A stretch of 63,986 nt of DNA, filler included, from Gonapodya sp. JEL0774 (lineage: Eukaryota), in assembly GCA_027604505.1 (NCBI GenBank). It is 3 parts of 3 records of this genome, joined end to end, with 100 filler letters (N's around TTAATTAATTAA, not from the genome) between each part and the next. Parts side by side here need not be neighbours in the genome. Positions count along the whole stretch, not along the records: positions 1 to 26,668 come from JADIIX010000220.1; positions 26,769 to 53,376 come from JADIIX010000221.1; 1 more part is not named here. One strand, 5' to 3'. Positions 26,226 to 37,190 of this stretch are shown here, in pieces (within the stretch, counting starts at the first letter, position 1; every line of letters begins with the position of its first letter). The notes below the pieces were generated by a model. That model had not been told where the DNA came from, ran no database searches, and saw only the letters and a list, made by a program, of their open reading frames with translations. The position numbers and the translations under genes are program-made.

Positions 26226-26535
26226 CGATGTGAAGCGACTTCCGTGCACTTTGTCCCCTAGTGCATTGCATTTCGGCATTTGGAAGAAGGTTTCTGTAAA
26301 TAAGCTGCGTGGTCTCGGCACCGTTTCAGCCTTTCACCGATTATGGGCAGTTTTGGTAGAGACGGAGTTTCACTGGTATTTCATTCTTTTTTTTCTGACA
26401 TAGATCAAGAATTTCGGACGGTGTAGAGCATGTCGTGCGCGCTATTCGTGAAGCGTCAGTGTAAATTGTACTGTTGCATGAGATCCTCACTGAAAGTCGA
26501 CAATCCTTGTGCTACAAACTCTAAACGACCCTGCA

Positions 26536-26668
26536 TCAACATGATTCACCGTTGCTTCCCTTCTGCGTAGCACCGTTAGCGGTGCCCTCGTCTTCCCACA
26601 CGGGCTCAAACATTTCAGGATCTGCTCGTCGAACGGACTCGTAGTATTGTTGGAACTGTGCGGCAGCA
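26536..26668 (-). CDS. 3' end of an unknown gene cut off by the assembly gap
   Basis: Open frame AAAQFQQYYESVRRADPEMFEPVWEDEGTANGATQKGSNGESC* emerging from the gap. Confidence 0.3.
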
Positions 26669-26768
26669 NNNNNNNNNNNNNNNNNNNNNNNNNNNNNNNN
26701 NNNNNNNNNNNNTTAATTAATTAANNNNNNNNNNNNNNNNNNNNNNNNNNNNNNNNNNNNNNNNNNNN
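26669..26768. other. Assembly gap with TTAATTAATTAA spacer
   Basis: N run with an artificial all-frame stop linker at 26713-26724. Confidence 0.97.
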
Positions 26769-27578
26769 AGAAAACGCTACAAATCGCGCCCGAGTCCGTG
26801 AATCCCGGTGGACAGTTCTCCCAGCACACAGGCCCGACGCCCGTGTATCCACTTGGACAGGGCTTGTAGCAGAGACCGGCGTTTTCTTCTAGTCCGTTTG
26901 CGCATTTGTTGGTTCGCTTTTTGAGCGATGGGTTGCCGCAGGCTGTGAGAACGATACGCACTGAGTCCAGCACGCCGTTGAAGTGGTTGTGGGAATCACT
27001 GTCCCAGATGTTCTGCACGTGACGGGGTTTTTTGTTTTTGTGTTCGAGGGTCAGCATTTTGCAATGTTAAGTGGATCAGAAAGGTAAACATATCACCATG
27101 TTACATACCTGCGCAGTGCCGCAAATGCTTGTCGGATCGCCCTCACGTAACTTCTCTTTGAAGAAATCTGGACAGGCTGAGCACGTGCCTCCCTGGGCGG
27201 CAGTTTGAATCGTTCCGGCGGCACCGTTGATAAACTGAAGGCAAGCTGCGAGGAGGGATAGTTGTGGTTGGAATCAGACGTGATCTGCGCAAGCCAGTGT
27301 AACTCACAGGTAGGTGCTGTTGAAGCGGTAGCGATGCTGAAGGTATGGTATGGTGAGTAACGTGGAATTGATATCACGCGGGATAGCCTTTGAACTACGT
27401 ACACTCCAATGGACCGAAGGCATTCTGTCCTCAGACCAATCAATCTACTAAGCGATTGGGTGCACGTTGCGTCGCTACACGTTGCACGCGCGGAGAGAGT
27501 TCCCTTTCGGGCAGCGAGCACGACCTCCGAGGCGGAGACGATAAGTGCCAGGACGAATGCGAGAGTTCCAGTCCTCAT
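26769..27578 (-). CDS. Secreted Cys-rich protein, copy A (3' end runs into the gap)
   Basis: Signal-peptide-like MRTGTLAFVLALIVSASEVVLA; C-terminal KCANGLEENAGLCYKPCPSGYTGVGPVCWENCPPGFTDSGAIC. Confidence 0.8.
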
Positions 27579-28339
27579 TCTGCTCAAGATGGTAGACTGT
27601 AAAACGTAAATACGTGATGACACGACGCGGGAGACTCCATTTAAGTTCCGAGGCCAATCTATTTTTTTGGACAACTACTTCAGTGGATATTACACTTCGC
27701 CGCTCTCCGCGGCCAATGCGCATGAGGTGTGTGGCTGACTTACTTCTGAGTAACCACCGCCTCAAAATATCTCAAATCTGTCCTTCCAATGACTATATCC
27801 AAGTACTTAATATATCTCGGAGACAAAGTTTTGTAAGAGATGCTGGGAGGCTGGCCTGTCCCTTGACGCACCGAGACCCTGGAATTCATTCGCAGCGACA
27901 GAATGCGCACAAACAGTACGAGGTTCATGAAAAAGAAACAAAATCTTCTAAGGCACGAAATTATTAAAGAGAAAGTGAAGGGTTAGCCAGAAGTGGTGGC
28001 TCAATCGGGTCACTCGTTGGACGACTGAGTGGATTGCAGCAGAGGTTCAAAGAACGGTGGATTTCCGTTCCTCGTAGTCGGCGCATAGAGACTCTTCCCA
28101 CATTTGCGAAACTAAGCGTTTGTCTCAAACCGCCAAGTGATTCGGCCACCAGGCAACACGAACTTCTCCACACTTACCGAAGAAATTGATCACACAATCA
28201 AGCTCTCTATATCTACCAGCTCCTTCGGATACAAGGAGCAGGAACTCAGATTATTGTTACTCGTGAAAGAAGATATGGTGTTGTCTTGATAACGAGAGAA
28301 TATAAGCGTACACAATCACTATTCATGCAGCGCACCCTG

Positions 28340-29079
28340 CAACCCTGCCACTCCCCAATGTCGATCGATCCACCTGGGCAGTTTTCCTACCCTAGTCTTG
28401 GTTGTCGTTGTATGCGGCGTATCCGGTTGGGCAAGGGATGCAGCAAAGGCAGTCCATCTCGTAGTATCTTTTCCCGCTTTCGGCACTCGTTCTTTGCAAT
28501 AAAGTAGCTCAGGACTGAGTTCATCTCGATTCTGGTCAGCGTTTATTTGTTGGTGTTGTCGTAGCCCCAGAGGATCTGTGAATGGGAGAGATTTAGTTCA
28601 TATGTTTTTGTGCAGGCAAAGTCACACAATCCGGATCCCAACTCTCCGCTCGATGCCTGTGCGATAGCACAAGGCACTTTTTTTTTGTACCATTATCTTG
28701 CAATTACTCTTGGACGAAGTCAGGTCATGTTGAGGACGGGTACCTCCGCCATGATCTCGATCGTCACATGTACAAATGATGTGACGAGATTTTCACAAGC
28801 TGAAAAATGATTCTCGAATGGACGGCAGTCAGGGCAGGTCACTTGATCACTTGTATCACAGCCGAGTGAGCCCAACAAACTTGACCACCACCAAAACGTA
28901 ATCCCACAGCTTACTATCCAATTCCCACGATGCAAGTGATTGAAACATTTTCCGCGCTGGTGGGCACTGCGAGTCGCTACACACCACGAGCGCTGAGAGA
29001 GTAACACTGTGTCCGCAAGGGAACTCTCGCAGTTGAGGACAAGAAGCGCCAAGACAAATACGAGAGCTGGCGTGTTCAT
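28340..29079 (-). pseudogene. Secreted Cys-rich protein, copy B (disrupted)
   Basis: Signal peptide MNTPALVFVLALLVLNCESSLADTVLLSQRS; remnant YEMDCLCCIPCPTGYAAY...*; then in a shifted frame *ENCPGGSIDIG, matching WENCPGGWTDTG of copy C. Confidence 0.6.
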
Positions 29080-30803
29080 AGCACTGAAAAGAGCTGAGTA
29101 CAAAATAGGAATGCCTTGTGCACGTGTCATTAATAATAGAACCACTCAGTCTATCCGGATGCGAATTTCTCGAGCAAGATTACTGATTGCGAGTGTATCA
29201 GTAGGCGATCTAAAGCGGTATTCTCGGCGCTTGATAGAACATAAGGGGATAACTAATGAATGAACAATTGAATGCTCGTCTGCATAGAACAAGCGCAAAT
29301 GGACACGAGACGTGGAGCAACGGAACCACAATCTCACTAGCCTAGAAGCTAAGCTTTGGTTGGGGTGAAAAGTTACTAGTTGGCACTCGTGAAAATCGAG
29401 ACGTGTGTTCCGGCGCCGGCATTGTCGTATGACTGTGGTTTACTGACCGTTGTGCATATCGACGACGACAAAGATTGAGTCGTCTAGATCACGTGGATGG
29501 CCGGCCTGACGGACCTGAATTGTTGTTCGTACTCCCATACATCTGCAGTTTTCCGTGGTGACTCTTGCACTGTATGAAACCGAAGTCGACCACTGGAGCC
29601 ACAGCCCAACCCACTTCCCTCTCTCCTCTCGCTCCACACTTCCCCTCTCCACACGCCGAAGCTTATCCCCAGACGGCGGAAATGCTCACCGAAGAAACCA
29701 CTTCAATTGGGGAAAGTGTCTGTCCATCGCAGACAAAATTCATTTCCAGCCAATTTGTCCACTTTCCTCCACTACTATCCTGCTCATTGATATAGTACGA
29801 GGGGCTATTTGCGCTATCGGACTTTCAGTGGCTCACTTGGGCTCTGGAGACGTCCTAGTAGTTCTGGGGCTGTTCTGGTACTGAACACTGAAATGCACTT
29901 CCCAGATCGCATTGCTGGCCGTCGATGTGATACTGTATGAGTGAAGGAAATCTCCCGAAGATATCTTAGTGATTCTGTCAGTCGTGAAAGCTTGTGAAGA
30001 CCACCAATGTGTGTTCGAATGAACGCTTCCTTCCTCCTGACAGTGACAGAAGGAACTGAGGACCTTTATGGGCGTTTATATAGAGCGAAACGAAAAAGAA
30101 ACTCAAAGTTCACACCCTTTGTCGGCTTAGATTCCGGATGACGTAACATGTTCCGGGTACCATGACCGAGAAGTCGCAAGGCGTGCCCTCCCAAACGACG
30201 ACGTGTTTACAAGTTGCTGGCACAAAACGACACTGCTCAATGAATCATGGCGCATTGTTCCGTCTTCAACTACAACTACAAACAAAAGAACAAACAAGCT
30301 GACGCCAACAATTTTCACATGACCTCGCCGTGTGATCATGCGCATATCCCACTTCTCCCAAGATACCGCCTTCGACTCTAAAATTGGAAACTCGGGACTT
30401 TACCCGCACCCCTTGTCGTCGTCTTCTTGGCGATCGTTTGCATATCCTTCCAGCACGTGCACGCTGGAAACCGAGAGGGTTGTCAACCGTTATCACAAGG
30501 TCGGTAACGGTGTTTTTGTAACACATACGATCCTCTCTGTATCCGGCTGGGCATCTTCCCCCGCAGCAGCCGTTGTTGCCGAAGATTCTGCAGTGGAGGA
30601 AACAACGAATTGTTTAGTCGACAGTCAACATTGCGAGGCAACTGAGACACGACGAAGGAAATAGCAATGGGCTCACCCAAAGTCAATACAGCAGCTGAAA
30701 ATGATACAGAAGGCGAAAGCGGAGATCGATGAGAGATGAAAGTACGAACGTATTATGTGCATGAACAGAGAACGATACCTACCATCCCTTCCCCGTCACA
30801 TCC

Positions 30804-31693
30804 TTATGTAACATCACGAAAACACATTAACTTTAAGAAAAAACATAGTGGCATCCAAAGATGCATGAGTCATATAACATACCGGTCCAGTGCTGCAGAA
30901 GGCTCCTGTGTCGGTCCATCCACCCGGGCAGTTCTCCCAGCAAACAGGTCCGACACTTTTGTAGTTTTGGGGGCAGTTCGGGTAGCAGAGAAGACCATTC
31001 AATTCCCATCCGCTATCGCATTTGAAACTTCGCTTCTTGTACTGTGGGTTACCACAAGTTGAGAGGACACTTTTCACGCCGGCTGTGTTCAAGAGACCTT
31101 TGTCGTCGCTATCCCAGAGGAGCTAGGAATGGAGACGGTATTTTTGTCGGAAGAGTTAGCCAAAGGGAAACCACAAAAGGCACTTCCAAACGGGGCTCAC
31201 TTACCTGTAGGACAGCACAGGCACTGATTAAACCACCCTCAGTCAGCTTGTCTTTGATGGCGTTGGGGCATTTCAAGCAGGGGCTGTTTGAGGCGACGGC
31301 TTGGCTCGAAACTCTGGAGATAGTGTCAGAGAAGGTCTGACAAGCTGCAATGAGGAAGAGTTTCAGTCTGAGTCAGAACTGCTCTAGGCAATTCAACTCA
31401 TATCTCACCTCCTCCCACGTCCACCTTTTTCAGGCCAATGGTTGCGATGGTGCTGGAAGAGTGGTACAGTGAGCGACGAAGACCGCGCTCGTGACCAAAC
31501 ACAATCTCACTACGTACAGTCCAACCGCGCTCAAGCATTCACCCAATGTATCTCCTATTGGCTTCAACAAATTGCCACAGGCGGGGAGGCCACAATCTGA
31601 CCGGGCCGATAAAGTAACGTTTCGGTCTGCTTGGGCGATCCTCGAGGCGAGAACGATGAGTGCCACTGTGAGAGCGAGAGTTGTTGTCCTCAT
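30804..31693 (-). CDS. Secreted Cys-rich protein, copy C
   Basis: MRTTTLALTVALIVLASRIAQADRNVTLSARSDCGLPAC...ECLSAVGLY; VKSVLSTCGNPQYKKRSFKCDSGWELNGLLCYPNCPQNYKSVGPVCWENCPGGWTDTGAFC. Last exon uncertain. Confidence 0.8.
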
Positions 31694-32484
31694 ACTGTGG
31701 ATGAAGAAAGATTGAATGAGACATTTGAGAGATGAGACTCCTTATAAGGTGCCGTTCAATACTTCGTGGATAAACACTCTATCCGGATATGCCCACCCTC
31801 CGGATATGGGATATCACATAGTGCGTCTCCTATCAATAGAACTTCGATGATAAACGCGACGTGCTTCTCTGCTTGCTGTCGTTTGATCGTTGAAGAAACC
31901 AGTGTGAAATGCCCACGTATCAGGGCCAGAACGCGAAACGGATCGTTCTTGTTTCGATGTTTCGATGCCCAGAACCGAATTGCAAAATGCAGAAACAGAA
32001 AAGTTCTCAATTTTGCATCAAAAAACAGCGAAAAATTATAGATAGTGAAATCCGACTCCACACAGAGAACGCGAATTACAGTCAGTGACTGAGGCACTGG
32101 CGAACCGGCACAATATTACTTGGCCACGCACAGAATCATTTCTGTCCAGTGACGATTATATGCAGACGCATTCTTGTCCTGGCTCGCAATTTCGGTACTT
32201 GTCATTCTTTCAGAGAAGTGAGACCAATGACAGCTCTGGGGCGACCGCTGACGAAGTGCATACTAGGGCATACACTTCTGCATGTCCTCACTCGAATGTT
32301 TGCGGGGACTCATCTGTTACTCATCTCCTTCATAATCACATGGGGCAGGTTGTGTCGTTGTTGCCTCCAGTCCATGAGGCTCCCGACAGCTCCTTTGATC
32401 CACATCGACAATCGGAACGGGTCAGCGTAAATCTCATTTCGAAGAGTGAAAACAATCTAGTGGACACACGAGCGCGCAAAATCA

Positions 32485-33934
32485 ATGGCGGCAACTCCCG
32501 ATTGTGAGTTTCCGATTCTCTTCTGGTTCATATCTTGCACACTACATACGAACACCCCTGCAGCTCCTGGACCCGCACTAGCCACCCGCCAACACACGTT
32601 CCGCTTCTCCCCAAGATCCACCCAATCCCCGCGCTCTGTCACACTCACGGGCTCTTTTGACGGATGGGCAGAGTCGGTCCACATGCAGCGACTGTCCCCT
32701 CTTGATTCGGTCTTTCAAGCCACAGTTGATGTTTCGATTGGCGAGAAGATTGAGGTGCGTTTGTGTTCTACTTGCTTTGTCGACGGGTGTCGGCGGAGCA
32801 GTACTGGTATTGGGGGGGTTTCGAGTGGGAACCGGATTCATGTCAAAGTGGAGGAATGAACGCCACTGCAAGTGGTCCTTAGTGGTTTCCGATTAGATTC
32901 TTTTCTTGCGACCCGCCTCTGTGAAAGCGACATCGTGCTCGTAGCTTTGCGATTCCCTCCCTTTGCTAATTTCCGCCGTCACCTGACCATATTGACAACC
33001 AACTGTCACCCAACTTCGAAACAACCAAACTATTCTACAACGAAATGAAACAATTAAGTTCAAGTATCTTGTCGACGGAGTATGGGAAATCGACCCATCC
33101 CTGCCAACCACCCCGAATGGTGAGACAGAAACGATCTGTTGCGGATTGGGGCAAAAGCACGCTCCATTCTTACGGATATTCCCTGAATGACGCATCGCGT
33201 GTTTTTAAACCGCAATCGTGATTCCTTCAGCTTTCAAATCCCTCAACAACATCCTCGACCTCAGCCCTTCCCCAACCCCACCCACGCCGGTCACCCTCTC
33301 CCCGTCCTCCCAAAGCCCCGCACTCACCACCACCCCCACCATTCCCCCCCCTTCCACCGCTGTCTCACCCGCGACCCTCTCCGTGCCCCCCACCACTTCC
33401 GCCTCGGTGTTCCCCACTCCCCCGTCGAGTCCCACACCGCCTCACACGGCTCTTTGGTACACCGTAGCCCCCGCTGCAGAGATTGATTCTGCCACTCTCT
33501 CTGCCACTGCCTCTGCCACAGGTGCGAAGAACGCCTCGTCGCCGGGCGAGCAGACAGAACTGTTGGCTCCGCTGGAGAAATTGCCGGGCGATGGTGAGTT
33601 TGTGCTGTGTGTGTGGGTGTGAAGGAGTGTATTTGTGTGTGCGTGTCTGTATTTGGTGTCTTTCGTTCCCCTTTTTTCTGTGGTGGCAGTGTGTGTCTCA
33701 GCCTCTTCAACGTGGATCAGGAAGTCGCTCACGGAAATCGTTGCGTCCTTTGAGAGTGTCGTGGACACTACCTCATCCATTTGCTTCCTTCCGGATGTGA
33801 TTGTTGGCTCACCACCACCCCTTTTACTTCGCCCGTGCGCCCCAGCCGATCGCCTCAGGGCCTTCCTGGTCGACAAGTACATGCGCCGCACAAGATCCGA
33901 CAGTCCGGAATCAAAGACGGAAGCGAGTGAGTAG
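32485..33934 (+). CDS. CBM48 (AMPK-beta-type glycogen-binding) domain protein with Pro/Thr/Ser-rich tail (Crp1/Mdg1-like architecture)
   Basis: HTFRF...PRSVTLTGSFDGWAESVHMQR...FQATVDV...KIE-FKYLVDGVWEIDPSLPT, followed by a low-complexity P/T/S region. 3' end uncertain. Confidence 0.75.
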
Positions 33935-34028
33935 CGGGGTTGCGGGGGGCTGGGCCACGGCGTGGCGGAGTTGAGTCAGGAGGGGCGGGAGACGGGGGGG
34001 CAAGGGAGGGGGGGGGGTGTTGACGAAT

Positions 34029-34214
34029 ATTCGGGAGTATGGGCAGGATGGAGAATTGGATGTTGCGTGTTTCTCTGTGGACTGAAAATCATTCGGGAGT
34101 ATGGGCAGGATGGAGAAGTCGATGTTGCGTGCTTCTCTGTGGACTGACAATCATTCGGGAGTATGGGCAGGATGGAGAAGTCGATGTTGCGTGCTTCTCT
34201 GTGGACTGACAATC
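34029..34214. repeat. 62-bp minisatellite, 3 copies
   Basis: 'attcgggagtatgggcaggatggagaagtcgatgttgcgtgcttctctgtggactgacaatc' at 34029 (diverged), 34091 and 34153. Confidence 0.92.
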
Positions 34215-35323
34215 CTGTACGTCGTGTCTCGACACGATGCAATCACCCCTACCAACATTCCCACTGTCACCAGCCGCCCCCACCACGGGCACGCCCACCC
34301 CGCACTCCACTACGTCCACCCGTGCTGGCCTTCCGACCCTCCCATCGTCCCTTGTCGCGCCCATTCTCCTCGACGCTGTTGGGTGGATCTACGTTATCGG
34401 CGTTGCGCTGTGAACACACGCTCACTACCACAACCAACCGAGCACGCACCTTGCTCTTTTCATCTGTCCTACCTACCCTTTTGCCCATTCTGAAAGCTGA
34501 ACAACCCCCCACTCCGACCGTCTATCTGTCGTCTGCCTGCACTCATCCACGCTTCCGTAACACCTTCCTGTTTCGCCCCCATTACAGCCTTGGTTCGGTC
34601 ATCGTTTTTTTGGTGGGGGGGAACCTTGTTGTACGGTCTGCCACCCATTTTTTCACAACCCGATTTCCTGTTCATGAAATTCGCGATGCCGAACGGGGAA
34701 GTGTCGAGTGGAGGGATTCCCTGCGTTCCACAGAGTACCTTGGCACTTCCTTTTGTCTTACTTTTTATCTCTATGCAGATCATGCAGAAATCGTTTTTTT
34801 GCATTCCGAGTTATGTGCCTGGCAGGGCAGGAGTTTCATTCTTCATAGCTCAACAGTTTAACTTTTTGGTTCCTTTCTGCTGTTGCTATTTGCTTGCCTT
34901 TTTGCCCTTCTCTTTGCCGAAATATTATGCCGCGTGATCTTCCATTCGAGTGCTGTCCCAATGGTTGGCTTCGAGTCCTAACAATTGCCAACTCCATTCC
35001 CAAAAATGACCTTCACTTCATTTCCTTTGACAAGGTGTCACATGGCCCCCTCTTATTCATCATCGCATAAAACAAAATCACTACCCCACGTGTCTGCGTA
35101 CACAGTGATGTCCCCAAAAGTGTATAGACTAAGGGCCTCTCGAGCTACGGAAATGGGCCAAATAGTATAGGAACGCCAATGCGACTTATCCTGCGTGTGA
35201 ATGCGCGGGTTTGTGTTTCAGGGTGGCGAGTGAGGGGTTCATGTGGCCGATCGGCATCGCAGTGGATGCATGCACACAATAATAACTCAACCACATTCCG
35301 CTCCGCACCGTTGCATGCGCGCA

Positions 35324-36977
35324 ATGTCTTCGACAATAAAACTCTTCGGTAAGTCGCGATTTCTATTCAAAATCTCAATCTTTCCTCCATATCTTCTTGA
35401 CGTATTTGCTGTATTCCTTATCCTGGGAAGATATCGGCATCAATCTCTGTGGTAGGTCCACTGACTGGGCGAGCAACCACACGATGACGTGATTCAACTG
35501 GCAGCGGTCCACTGACCCCAGATCCCATGTTTCGCGGCATCTACCACGGGAAAAGAGTTCACGCTGGTGAGTCCCGGTCGATCCCCATTGCGGTCTGTGC
35601 TTCCTCCATGTCGCACTTGGTTATTGTCTCAATGCCAACGTGTGGTCCGCCATTTTTATATTTGCAAAGACGACTTCGTACAAGTTTTGCAGCGCGCCAA
35701 GGGATCAAATGTGGTGGGCATGATGATTACGGGTGGAACACTTGAAGAGAGTAAAGAGGCACTAGAGCTCGCAAAGTCCGACCGTATGTATTATCCTCAT
35801 CCACTTTTGTGCAACTGAGGGATTCCATCTGATCTTCAAATCACCGGATTCCATTCTCGTCCTTCAGCATCTCTCTTTTCAACTGTGGGATGCCACCCGA
35901 CTCGCTGTAAAGAGTTCCTCGCTGACCCGGAGGCGTACTACAACCAGTTGCTTCAAGTCGCACAGGAGGGGATGGAAGCTGGCAAGGTGTTGGCAGTGGG
36001 AGAATGTGGATTGGATTACGACAGGTTGAAATTCTGTCCCATGGATGTTCAGAAGAGGTTCGAGTGCAGACGGAGCTCGAGCTCCATCGCAGCACACATG
36101 ACAAAGCCGTCCATCTGAAAAGTTAGATTTTTTCCTTACCACTTCCGCCTCTCACAAGCGACGGGCCTCCCCCTCTTTCTGCACAATCGCGCCTCCACCG
36201 ACGACTTTGTAGCACTCATGATGCAACATCGGGGCACTTACACAAAGGGTGTCGTCCATTCGTTCACAGGGTCTTCAGAAGAACTGGAAAATCTTCTCTC
36301 TGTTGGAGAGGGAATTTACATCGGCATCAACGGATGGTGAGAACCCCAGGTTTTGTGTGTCCATCGATTGTACCAGTGTCGCCAAACTTCCATCGACCTT
36401 TTTCTGCAGCTCGCTCAAAACTGAAGAAAACTTGGAGGTGCTCAAGAGAATACCACTGGAGAAACTCCTACTTGAAACAGGTGGGTCTGTCAAGCCACAC
36501 CATCACCGTCCAAGAACAATGCTTATGTGCTCTCATCGAAAAGATGGACCATGGTGTGACATCCGTCCCACTCACGCTTCGTTCCCCTACCTCTCATCGA
36601 CCTTCACACCAGCGACACCACCAACGATACCTGTTCAACCTTCCGGTGGCCAAGCGAGCAAGGCGAAACCCAAACCCGGTCCAAAGGTTGAAGGAAGTTT
36701 TGAGCGCCGTCCAAAAGAGCGCTTTGAAATGGGTAAGATGGTAAAAGGTAGGAACGAGCCATGTGGAATGATGTGAGTTTTCTCTTCTTGTTGTGCGCTT
36801 CCCGTGCGAACCCCTCCAAACCCCACCTTCCGTCCCTCGAACTCTCAAAGCGACGTTCTCCGTGTTGTTAGTCGCGTGCGGGGCGTTTCTGAGCAGGATT
36901 TGGCCCTCCAAGTGGCACGAAATACTGCAGAACTCTTCCCAGCTTTGCGAGCACTTTTGGACAGTGCTTCAGAATGA
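35324..36977 (+). CDS. TATDN1: TatD family deoxyribonuclease (TATDN1-like)
   Basis: DIGINL-DPMFRGIYHGK; TVGCHPTRC; AVGECGLDYDRL; LPLFLHNR; GVVHSFTG; IGING; LLLET-DGPWC; KGRNEPC. Confidence 0.93.
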
Positions 36978-37190
36978 AACCACACACATGGAAGCTTGCT
37001 CACTGATTGTACTAAATTATCATTGATTGATCTGCCCGGCCAGCCAACAACCGACAAAGGAGGGGAAAAAAAACGTAGCTAGGAGACAGAAAGAGTACAA
37101 AAGGACCGCGCCCTGACAAAACGAGACTCCCACAAATTGCACATGTCCTAGTTGCATATCAGCGTCCATACCAAACCCAACACACCGCAG

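Noticed and set aside
26713..26724. TTAATTAATTAA palindrome (also at 53421-53432)
   Set aside because: Artificial scaffold spacer inside N gaps, not biological.
34029..34214. Possible CRISPR-like array
   Set aside because: Units are contiguous with no unique spacers, there are no cas genes, and the context is eukaryotic.
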